A stretch of 64,000 nucleotides of DNA from Myxococcales bacterium. GTDB taxonomy: Bacteria > Myxococcota_A > Polyangia > Nannocystales > Nannocystaceae. The notes under the pieces are model-generated. The model was not told where the DNA came from and searched no databases. It saw only the letters and a list, made by a program, of their open reading frames with translations. The position numbers and the translations under genes were made by a program. Below, piece by piece: positions 1 through 7,449 of this stretch; the stretch's first letter is position 1, and each line of letters begins with the position of its first letter. Where the stretch lies: NCBI GenBank assembly GCA_020633315.1, contig JACKDV010000004.1, positions 448,071 to 512,070 on the forward strand, read 5' to 3'.

Positions 1-597
1 GGCGACAACGACGAGTTCACCGTGGTGTGGCAGTCGGCGGGCGGCCAGGACGGCGACCTGGTGGGCATCTTCATGCGCCGCTTCACCGGCGGGGGCGCGG
101 TGATCGGCGGGGCCGAGACCCAGGTCAACCAGTTCACGGCGGGCAACCAGCAGGGCCCCTCGATCGGCATGAACCCGCTCGGCGAGTACGTGGTGGCCTG
201 GTCCAGCGAGGGCCAGGACGGCAGCTCCACCGGGATCTACGCGCGCAGCTTCGGTCCCACCGGCCTGCCCTCCACGCCGGAGTTCGCCGTCAACACCACC
301 ACCATCGGCGCGCAGAACAACCCCACCGTGGCGCTCAACGCCGACGGCGACTACGTGATCGCCTGGCAGACGGCCGACGACGGGGTGCTCACCGGGGTGT
401 TCGCCCAGCGCTACGACCAGGCCAATGCGCCCTACAACGCCGAGTTCACCGTCAACCCCACCGTGATCGGCCTGCAGGAGGAGCCCGACGTGGCGATCCG
501 CGGGCTCGACGAGATCGTCGCGGCCTGGAGCGAGGGCGACGTGGGCTTCACCGATCGCAACATCCGCCTGCAGCGCTACGTGGGCGAGTTCCCGTAG
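1..597 (+). CDS. C-terminal fragment of a secreted tandem-repeat protein (5' end lies outside the window)
   Basis: The frame is open from the window edge to the TAG stop at 595-597. The protein is built of ~48-aa imperfect repeats (DGDYVVAW..QDGS.TGIFARRF..AEFTVNTT.IG.Q..P.VA). Composition is balanced, unlike the Arg/Pro-rich alternative frame. Confidence 0.6.
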   Translation, partial: GDNDEFTVVWQSAGGQDGDLVGIFMRRFTGGGAVIGGAETQVNQFTAGNQQGPSIGMNPLGEYVVAWSSEGQDGSSTGIYARSFGPTGLPSTPEFAVNTTTIGAQNNPTVALNADGDYVIAWQTADDGVLTGVFAQRYDQANAPYNAEFTVNPTVIGLQEEPDVAIRGLDEIVAAWSEGDVGFTDRNIRLQRYVGEFP

Positions 598-644
598 GCC
601 ACGCGGGGGCGCTCGCCCGACCGCTGCGATAGGCTGGCTTCGCC

Positions 645-1883
645 ATGACCGTGCTCCATCGTCGCTCGTCTCGTGCCCGGCGCTCGGGCGCGGCCCTGGT
701 CCTGCTGCTGGTCGCCTGCGGTGGCGGTGGCGCGGACGCGGGCCCCACCACCACGGGCGACGACGCGGCCGCGAGCACCAGCTCGAGCGGCGGCGAGGCC
801 ACCACCGGCACCGGCACCGGCGAGGACGAGACCGGCGACTCCAGCGGGGCCGAGCCGCTGCCGCCGGCCAACCTGCTGCTGATGGAGAGCGTGATCTTCT
901 ACGACGGCTACGCCGAGACCGTGCGCGAGCCGGTGCCCGAGGGGATCATCCGCCACCGCAACTCGCTGGTCGCCACCCGCCTCGGCGACGAGGAGCTCGA
1001 CCTCATCCAGTCGAACCTCCAGATGCAGGTGCTGATCGGGGCGATGTGCGACAACTACGATCGCATCGGCTCGGTGCTGCTGGCCCTGGCTCCCAAGGGC
1101 GCCGAGACCTACGACCCCGCCGCCGTCCCGCGGCTGGAGCTGGCGCGCTTCATCACCCCCTTCATGAACAAGAACAAGGAGCCCGACACCGTCCCCTACG
1201 AGTGGGACATCGACGGCGTGGCCGCGATCCTCACCGACCCCGAGCTGCGGGCCCAGCACGACTTGTGGATCGAGCTCGAGGTGTTCGGAGTGCCCTACGC
1301 CGCCAACACCGAGGTGGTCGGCTGCGCGGGGCGCAACGACGTGTTCCGCGGCTGGCTCGCGCTCTACACCGACGGCAGCGACGAGCCCGCGGGCTGGCAG
1401 CGGCTCCAGCCGCTGGCGGTCGAGGAGGCCTTCAACAACTACCAAGAGGGCGCCAGCGACAGCGTGGGCCTCACCCGCAAGACGATCGAGATCACCCTCG
1501 ACGAGGATGCCGTCGACGCGCAGCTCGTGCTCATCACCTCCAACCACGGGGCCAACGCGGGCGGCGAGGAGTACATCCGTCGCGACCACTTCGTGTACCT
1601 CGATGGCGAGCTCGCGCTGCAGTACAAGCCGGGGCGCGAGAGCTGCGAGCCCTTCCGCATGTACAACACCCAGGGCAACGGCATCTACGGCACCTCGCCC
1701 ATGACCGACGAAGAGTGGCAGTCGTTCAGCAACTGGTGCCCCGGCGACGTGATCGACACGCGGGTGATCCCCTGGGGGCCCGTGGACGCGGGCACCCACG
1801 AATTCGTGATCGACGTGCCCGACGCCCAGTTCGTGGGCGGGCAGGGCGACTTCCCGTTCTCGCTGTACCTGCAGGCGCGGTAG
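645..1883 (+). CDS. Secreted lipoprotein of unknown function; globular C-terminal domain, possibly a glycosidase-like (PNGase-F-like) fold
   Basis: 412-aa ORF with an N-terminal signal peptide and lipobox (LVLLLVAC-GGG), then a G/S/T/D/E-rich linker and a W/Y/F-rich globular part. No family motif could be assigned with certainty. Confidence 0.75.
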   Translation: MTVLHRRSSRARRSGAALVLLLVACGGGGADAGPTTTGDDAAASTSSSGGEATTGTGTGEDETGDSSGAEPLPPANLLLMESVIFYDGYAETVREPVPEGIIRHRNSLVATRLGDEELDLIQSNLQMQVLIGAMCDNYDRIGSVLLALAPKGAETYDPAAVPRLELARFITPFMNKNKEPDTVPYEWDIDGVAAILTDPELRAQHDLWIELEVFGVPYAANTEVVGCAGRNDVFRGWLALYTDGSDEPAGWQRLQPLAVEEAFNNYQEGASDSVGLTRKTIEITLDEDAVDAQLVLITSNHGANAGGEEYIRRDHFVYLDGELALQYKPGRESCEPFRMYNTQGNGIYGTSPMTDEEWQSFSNWCPGDVIDTRVIPWGPVDAGTHEFVIDVPDAQFVGGQGDFPFSLYLQAR

Positions 1884-1897
1884 CGGGGCGGGCGGGC

Positions 1898-2404
1898 TCA
1901 GGGCTCGTCGCTCGTGGGCTGGGCCGCGTCGACGAAGGCGGCGGATGGGGGCACGGGCAGGGCCAGCGGCTCCACCCACTGCCCCGGGCCGCGCTGCATC
2001 GACAGCAGGTGCAGGGTGGCCGCCTCGACCAGCGCCTGCTCGGTCACGAAGGCCAGGGTCAGCTCCACCGCCTCGCCGGGCGGCACCGTGGTCTGGGCCG
2101 CGAGCGCGCCGGCCTCGGTGTCGACCAGCGGGAACTCCAGCTCGCCGTACTCCAGCAGGATGCCCTCGCGATCGAGGGTGAGCGGGGCCGTGCCGCGGTT
2201 GCTGAGCTTGGCCTGGAGCTCCACCCGGTCGAGCTCGTAGCGGGCTCCCAGCAGCTCCACCGCCACCTCGTGGCCGCGGGTCACTCGCTGCCCCGGCGGG
2301 AAGGTGGTCTGCTGCGGGCCCGGTCCGCTCGAGCCCGAGCAGGCGGCGACGAGCAGCGCCCCGAGCAGGGCACGGCGCAGCGAGGAAGCGGGACCGCGGA
2401 GCAT
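1898..2404 (-). CDS. Hypothetical lipoprotein
   Basis: An internal ATG gives MLRGPASSLRRALLGALLVAACSGSS, a lipoprotein signal. The 53 codons upstream in the track ORF (to 2563) are Arg/Pro-rich and look non-coding. The stop lies 15 nt after the convergent gene at 645..1883. Confidence 0.6.
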   Translation of the reverse strand: MLRGPASSLRRALLGALLVAACSGSSGPGPQQTTFPPGQRVTRGHEVAVELLGARYELDRVELQAKLSNRGTAPLTLDREGILLEYGELEFPLVDTEAGALAAQTTVPPGEAVELTLAFVTEQALVEAATLHLLSMQRGPGQWVEPLALPVPPSAAFVDAAQPTSDEP

Positions 2405-2561
2405 CGGGCTGCGATGGTACAGGACCCGCGGGCGCGGCTCGACCCGTCGCGGCGGCCCTCCGTCCTCGCCGCGAGCGCGGCCATCTCTCGCGACCAGGGC
2501 CGGGGGCGTGGGCCGTGCCGCGCGTTGACCCCGGTCGCGGCGCCTGGCTACGCTACGCGCC

Positions 2562-2942
2562 ATGATCTGCTCTTGCTCCCTTGCCTACCACCACGCGGAT
2601 GGCGATTGCCGTCGCCGGGGTGGCGCGCGTCGGAGGGGTGCTCGCGTCGGGGCGAGCCTGCTCGGCCTGGTGGCGGGGCTGATGCTCCTGGGCTGCACCG
2701 ACGACGACTCGAGCGCGACCTCCAGCGGCAGCTCGGGCACCACGAGCCCGATGACCACGATGACCACGATGACCACGATGACCACCGCGACGCCCGAGAC
2801 CGACTCGAGCTCGAGCGGCTCGGGGGGAGCGAGCGGCTCGGGCTCCTCGACCGCGGCGGACACCGAAGGCAGCAGCGGCACGAGCTCCGCGAGCACCACC
2901 GCGGCGGACACCGAGGAGACCACCTCCGGCACCTCCGGGTAG
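2562..2942 (+). CDS. Possible small S/T/G-rich lipoprotein (low-complexity)
   Basis: Signal-like LLGLVAGLMLLGCTDDD followed by a Ser/Thr/Gly tail. It contains an ATGACCACG x4 microsatellite (MTTMTTMTT). Low-complexity composition makes the call uncertain. Confidence 0.3.
   Translation: MICSCSLAYHHADGDCRRRGGARRRGARVGASLLGLVAGLMLLGCTDDDSSATSSGSSGTTSPMTTMTTMTTMTTATPETDSSSSGSGGASGSGSSTAADTEGSSGTSSASTTAADTEETTSGTSG
2751..2786 (+). repeat. ATGACCACG x4 microsatellite (encodes MTTMTTMTTMTT)
   Basis: Perfect 9-bp tandem copies read directly in the sequence. Confidence 0.8.
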
Positions 2943-2943
2943 G

Positions 2944-3023
2944 CCGAGCTCCTCGTGCTCGCGGGCGCGGGGCAAGCGTGGCGTCGGGAGGGGCACCACC
3001 GTCCGAGCTCCTCGTGCTCGCGG
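2944..3023. repeat. Two copies of a 21-bp element CCGAGCTCCTCGTGCTCGCGG, each containing the hairpin CGAGC-N7-GCTCG, 38 nt apart
   Basis: Direct repeat between the convergent genes 2562..2942 and 3110..3499. Confidence 0.7.
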
Positions 3024-3109
3024 CGCGGGTCCTGGTCTGAGGCACGGCGCGAGGTCGAGGAGAGCCATCGCGTGCGAGCACGCGGAGGGCCCGGCCGGGG
3101 CTGGGCTGT

Positions 3110-3499
3110 CTATCCGCCTTCGCTCATGCGGGCGCGCACGGCCTCGGCGATCGCCGCCGAGAGGTCGTCGATGCTGCGGCGGCTGGGCTCCACGTCTGCC
3201 ACCAACCCGCCGACCACCGCGTGATCGTCCTCGGTGTCGACCCGCTCGGTCACCATCGCTCGACCGTCCGTGGTCCCGAGGATCACGGCGAGGCGTACCG
3301 ACGAGCCATTGGTGAAGCCACGCACTCGCCAGGCGATCATCGAGGCCTCGACCGGCTCGGCGCGGAACACCTCGAGCACCGCGCCGCCCTCCAGCGCCAC
3401 GCGTACCGTGGGGATCGTGGGCTCGTCGGGATCGAGCCCCGCCGCCAGGGCCTCGAGGGCCGGCCATAGCCGAGCGGCCGCGTCCTCCGCCTTCGTCAC
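3110..3499 (-). CDS. Hypothetical protein (129 aa)
   Basis: Balanced composition with no low-complexity stretch. It sits immediately downstream of the LuxR-HTH fragment on the same strand. No recognisable domain. Confidence 0.55.
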   Translation of the reverse strand: MTKAEDAAARLWPALEALAAGLDPDEPTIPTVRVALEGGAVLEVFRAEPVEASMIAWRVRGFTNGSSVRLAVILGTTDGRAMVTERVDTEDDHAVVGGLVADVEPSRRSIDDLSAAIAEAVRARMSEGG

Positions 3500-3541
3500 G
3501 ATCGGAGGATTTCATTGGCCGAGCACGGGTGCAACGACTGG

Positions 3542-3718
3542 TCATTCGCGACGCTGGTCATTCGTCGAGGGGTGGAGCACGGCCAGGCGTGCCTCGAGCA
3601 GATGGAAGGCGCTGATCCGCGCGGCGACCTGGGCCACCCGGTTGCGGGTCGTGTGGGGAGAGCTGCCGAGAGCCTCTCCGATCTGCGCGTTGGTGTGACC
3701 CAGGGCCACGTGCTCCAC
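3542..3718 (-). CDS. LuxR/GerE-type HTH fragment; either a 58-aa GTG-initiated ORF or a remnant of a larger regulator
   Basis: A frame not listed in the track translates to ...PPRQRRVVEHVALGHTNAQIGEALGSSPHTTRNRVAQVAARISAFHLLEARLAV..., a complete LuxR-type HTH signature. Upstream the frame is closed by TAG with no ATG/GTG before the helix-1 region, so only a GTG at 3716-3718 can start it. Confidence 0.3.
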   Translation of the reverse strand: MEHVALGHTNAQIGEALGSSPHTTRNRVAQVAARISAFHLLEARLAVLHPSTNDQRRE

Positions 3719-3912
3719 GACCCGTCGTTGCCGAGGGGGAGGCGCCCACGGGCCGGCGGGCGAGCGGGAGCGCGGTGGCCTTGTGCCACCGCGACCCTTC
3801 GCCTACGATCGAGAGCACACCCGTGGCAGGGCGATCCGAGAGGGTCGCCCTTTTTCGTGCGCGCGTTCCCGGACTCGGGGGCGCGCGCGTTTCATTGGAG
3901 CGACATCACATC

Positions 3913-4425
3913 ATGGCTCGAGCCCACCTGCTGATCGGCCCCGTGGGGGCCGGCAAGTCCACCCTCGCCCTTCGCCTGTGCCGGGAGCACCAGGCGCTAC
4001 GACTGACCCTCGACGACTGGATGACTCGGCTCTTTCGTCCCGACCGCCCCGACGCCGGGGTGGTGGAGTGGTACGTGGAGCGAGCCGAGCGCTGCCTCGA
4101 GCAGATCTGGCGGGTCGCCCAGGATGCGCTCGCGGCCGGGACCGACGTGGTCCTGGAGATCGGCTTGATCCAGCGGCGCGATCGCGAGGCCTTCTACCGT
4201 CGGGTGGACGAGGCCGGCGTGGCGCTCGTGGTCCACCTCGTCGATGCGCCCCGCGAGCTGCGGCGGGAGCGGGTGGCCCAGCGCAACCTCGAGCGCGGCC
4301 AGACCTTCTCCATGGAGGTGCCGCCTCCGTTCTTCGAGCTGGCCAGCGACCTGTGGGAGCCGCCCGACGAGCTGGAGCAACGAGAGCGGGCCATCCACGT
4401 CTGGTCCGCCCCGGGGGTGCCCTGA
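3913..4425 (+). CDS. P-loop NTPase / small-molecule kinase-like protein (AAA_33 / zeta-toxin-like fold)
   Basis: Walker A motif LIGPVGAGKSTLALRL sits directly after an internal ATG at 3913. The 46 upstream codons in the track ORF are junk. 170 aa. Confidence 0.75.
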   Translation: MARAHLLIGPVGAGKSTLALRLCREHQALRLTLDDWMTRLFRPDRPDAGVVEWYVERAERCLEQIWRVAQDALAAGTDVVLEIGLIQRRDREAFYRRVDEAGVALVVHLVDAPRELRRERVAQRNLERGQTFSMEVPPPFFELASDLWEPPDELEQRERAIHVWSAPGVP

Positions 4426-4531
4426 GGGCGCACCGCGGGGCGCGAGCGCGGCTCGGCGGGTGGCCGCTCGGGATCGAGCCCGCAGCGGCGTCGCGCCGGG
4501 CTATCATCGTCGCATCGATCGCCTCGAGAAG

Positions 4532-6061
4532 ATGCGCCGCCGCCTGCCGGTGGTGGACCGGCTGCCCGCCCCCGGGTCGCGGCGGGCCCTGCCGCTTGCG
4601 AAGGGCGAGGCCCCCACCCCCACCTTCGCGGTGTGGGAGCTGACGCTGGCCTGCGACCATCGCTGCCGTCACTGCGGCCCGCGGGCGGCCAAGGCCCGGC
4701 CCGACGAGCTGAGCACCGACGAGTGCCTGCGCCTGGTCGACGAGCTGGCCGAGCTCGGCGTGGGCGAGGTGGTGCTGATCGGCGGCGAGGCCTACCTGCG
4801 CGACGACTTCCTGCTGGTGATCCGGGCCTGCCGCGAGCGCGGCATGTCGGTCACCATGACCACCGGCGGGTGGGGGCTGACCCCCGAGCGCTGCGCCGCC
4901 GCCAAGCAGGCCGGGCTGCGCGGGGTGTCGGTGTCGATCGACGGGCTGCGGGAGAGCCACGACCACGTGCGCCGCCCCGGGAGCTGGGACCGGGCCTTCG
5001 CCGCGCTGCGCCACGCCAAGGCGGCCGGGCTGCCCATCGCCTCCAACACGCAGATCAACCAGCGCTCGGCGGGCGAGCTGCTGCCGCTGCTCGAGCTGCT
5101 GGGCGCCGAGGGGATCCACGGCTGGCAGATCCAGCTCACCATGGCGCACGGCAACGCGGCCGATCACCCCGAGCTGCTGGTGCAGCCCCACATGCTGATC
5201 GAGCTGTACCAGAGCATCGACACGGTGATCGATCGCTGCGACGAGCTGGGGATCCGGCTGTGGCCGGCGAACAACATCGGCTACTTCGGCCCCATCGAGC
5301 AGCGCCTGCGCTTCCACCAGACGGGGGGGCGCCACTTCAGCGGCTGCAAGGCGGGGCTCCGCACCGTCGGCATCGAGAGCAACGGGACGATCAAGAGCTG
5401 CCCCAGCCTCGGCGGCCCGGTCAACGACGGGGGCTCGTGGCGCGAGCACGGGCTGCGAGCGCTGTGGGAGCGGGCGCCCGAGATCGGATACACGCGCCAC
5501 CGGACGCTCGACGATCTGTGGGGGTACTGCCGCGAGTGCTACTACGCGAGCACCTGCATGGCCGGCTGCACCGCCACCTCCGAGCCTCTGCTGGGTCGAC
5601 CGGGGAACAACCCCTACTGCCTGCACCGGGCGCTGGAGATGGATCGCATGGGGCTGCGCGAGCGCATCGAGGCGGTGCGGGGGGCCGAGGACGTGCCCTT
5701 CGGCGCCGGGCTGTTCCGGCTGATCCGCGAGCCCAAGGATCCGGCCGCGCGCGGCGAGCCGGGGGCGTGCCAGGTGGAGGAGCCGCGGGTGGATCGACGG
5801 CAGGAGCCCCATGGCCCGGGGCGGCCGGCCGCTGAGCGAAGGAGCCACCGAGGGGAGGAGGACGGCTACGCCGTGGTCGTCCCGCCCGAGCCCGAGCCGC
5901 TGCCCGTGTCCCCGCTGCCGCTCCCCGAGCCCTCCGAGCCCGAGCCGCCGTCGCTGGACTCCGAGCCCGAGCCCCCCGAGGACGAGCCCTCGGCCGCGGT
6001 GGTCGAGTCGTCGTCGGGCGGCGTGGTGTCGAGCGAGGTGTCGACCTCGGGCCCGGCGTAG
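4532..6061 (+). CDS. Radical SAM enzyme with SPASM domain (peptide/protein-modifying maturase class)
   Basis: CxxxCxxC cluster (LTLACDHRCRHCGP) and a C-terminal SPASM motif CRECYYASTCMAGC (C-x2-C-x5-C-x3-C). The internal ATG at 4532 follows 96 junk codons. The last ~110 aa are a P/E/S-rich tail running to the stop at 6061. Confidence 0.8.
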   Translation: MRRRLPVVDRLPAPGSRRALPLAKGEAPTPTFAVWELTLACDHRCRHCGPRAAKARPDELSTDECLRLVDELAELGVGEVVLIGGEAYLRDDFLLVIRACRERGMSVTMTTGGWGLTPERCAAAKQAGLRGVSVSIDGLRESHDHVRRPGSWDRAFAALRHAKAAGLPIASNTQINQRSAGELLPLLELLGAEGIHGWQIQLTMAHGNAADHPELLVQPHMLIELYQSIDTVIDRCDELGIRLWPANNIGYFGPIEQRLRFHQTGGRHFSGCKAGLRTVGIESNGTIKSCPSLGGPVNDGGSWREHGLRALWERAPEIGYTRHRTLDDLWGYCRECYYASTCMAGCTATSEPLLGRPGNNPYCLHRALEMDRMGLRERIEAVRGAEDVPFGAGLFRLIREPKDPAARGEPGACQVEEPRVDRRQEPHGPGRPAAERRSHRGEEDGYAVVVPPEPEPLPVSPLPLPEPSEPEPPSLDSEPEPPEDEPSAAVVESSSGGVVSSEVSTSGPA

Positions 6062-6267
6062 GCGGCCACTCCCATCTCGGTGGTCGTGCCCGTCCCCGCG
6101 CCCTCGTCTCCGCCGTCGTCGCCCGGGCACCCGGCGAGGGTGAGCCCCAGCACGGCCGTCGCCATCGCGGGACCGAGCGCCGAGCCGCGCGCGAGCGAGG
6201 CGTCGCAGAACGGACAGTGGCGATGATCGGTACGAACGAAGCGACGACACTCGGGACAGGGGATCAT
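5866..6267 (-). CDS. Small zinc-ribbon + single-TM protein; candidate anti-sigma factor for the adjacent ECF sigma
   Basis: From the internal ATG: MIPCPECRRFVRTDHRHCPFC (C-x2-C...C-x2-C), then a TM/lipobox-like segment MATAVLGLTLAGC and a G/S/T/D tail. It lies 73 nt downstream of the ECF sigma gene on the same strand. The tail overlaps the 3' end of the radical SAM gene. Confidence 0.45.
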   Translation of the reverse strand: MIPCPECRRFVRTDHRHCPFCDASLARGSALGPAMATAVLGLTLAGCPGDDGGDEGAGTGTTTEMGVAAYAGPEVDTSLDTTPPDDDSTTAAEGSSSGGSGSESSDGGSGSEGSGSGSGDTGSGSGSGGTTTA

Positions 6268-6340
6268 CGCTCCCAAGGTACCACGGAGGAGCACCACGGG
6301 GGCTCGCGCGATCGGACCGCCCGATGGGCACCCGCGCGCG

Positions 6341-7237
6341 CTACCGCGGAATGGCCTCCACCAGCGCCTCGAGCCGCGCCGCGAGGCCACGCCCGAGCGG
6401 CTCCTGCATCGAGCGCAGCAGCGCCCCCAGCGATGTGCCTGCGCTCGCGCTCGGTCGCGGAGCCGCAGCGGGCGGAGGCGCAGCCCCGCCCCGTCCACCC
6501 GGGATCGCGCCGCTGGATCCGGGCGGCGGAATCGCGGGCGGCCGGGCGGGCGCAGGCGGAGCGGCTCGGGGCGGCGGCGCGGTGGCGCGGGCCGACGCCG
6601 GAGCAGCGGCCATCCTCGACCTCGTCGACCGAGCTCGACCCTGCGAGATCTCGCGACGCAGCGGGTCGGGCTCGGCCCGCACGCGTGCGCGCCGGGCCCC
6701 TTCGCGGGGCGGCTCCTCGAGGGCCTCGCGCATCACCGCCAGCGCCCGGGACACCCGCATGCGCACCGTCCCCGGCCGCAGCCCGAACGCCTCCGCCAGC
6801 TCGTCGTAGCCGAGCTCGTGCTGGAATCGCAGCACCACCAGCGCGCGCTGGGACTCGTCGAGCACCCGCAGCCCTCGCTCCACCAGGGTGCGGTTGGTCA
6901 GCCACGACGACGGCAGCGGCTGCTCATCGGGCGCCTCCTCGGCGTCCACCTCGTCGTCGATCCCCCACGGCCGCGCCTTGCGTCGGCGGAGGTGATCGAT
7001 GCAGCGGTTGCGCGCGATGGCCAGCAGCCAGGTGCGGGGCGAGGCCTCGCCGCGGTAGCTGGCCAGCCCGGTGAACGCCCGGCCGAACGCATCCTGGGCG
7101 AGGTCCTCCGCGGTGGCCGGGTCGCGCACCATCGCGCGACACAGGCCGAGCACCTCGGCCCCGTGCTCGAGCACCAGCCAGCGCGCCGCTCCGCGCACGT
7201 CGCCCTGCTCCAGCCTCGAGACGAGCTCCGTCCCCAT
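6341..7237 (-). CDS. ECF-type RNA polymerase sigma-70 factor with a Pro/Ala-rich C-terminal extension
   Basis: Regions 2 and 4 are recognisable (AEDLAQDAFGRAF ... LRFQHELGYDELAEAFGLRPGTVRMRVSRAL). Start is the internal ATG at 7235-7237. Confidence 0.85.
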   Translation of the reverse strand: MGTELVSRLEQGDVRGAARWLVLEHGAEVLGLCRAMVRDPATAEDLAQDAFGRAFTGLASYRGEASPRTWLLAIARNRCIDHLRRRKARPWGIDDEVDAEEAPDEQPLPSSWLTNRTLVERGLRVLDESQRALVVLRFQHELGYDELAEAFGLRPGTVRMRVSRALAVMREALEEPPREGARRARVRAEPDPLRREISQGRARSTRSRMAAAPASARATAPPPRAAPPAPARPPAIPPPGSSGAIPGGRGGAAPPPAAAPRPSASAGTSLGALLRSMQEPLGRGLAARLEALVEAIPR

Positions 7238-7449
7238 CGTCACCAACGGTAGCCAGCCCGCGCGGGAAATTCGATCGCACGCGGGGCGCCCGGCCTCGGA
7301 GGTCGACGAGCGAGGCCGCCGTTCGTCACCAACGATTTCGATCTTTCCTCCAATCCATTGATATTGCTCGGCTATCGACGACCCTTTCAAGACCGCCGTG
7401 ACGCCCCCCGCCCCTGGCCGGTCGATCCACGCGAAAGGCCAGCGAGCCC

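Noticed and set aside
2751-2786. Tandem repeats (here and at 35982, 47716) considered as CRISPR arrays
   Set aside because: These are contiguous, spacer-less in-frame coding repeats, not repeat-spacer arrays. No cas genes are present.
3911-6331. ORF 3911..6331 (-) 806 aa and other long antisense ORFs over the kinase/radical-SAM genes
   Set aside because: Antisense shadow of well-supported plus-strand genes, with Arg-rich composition.
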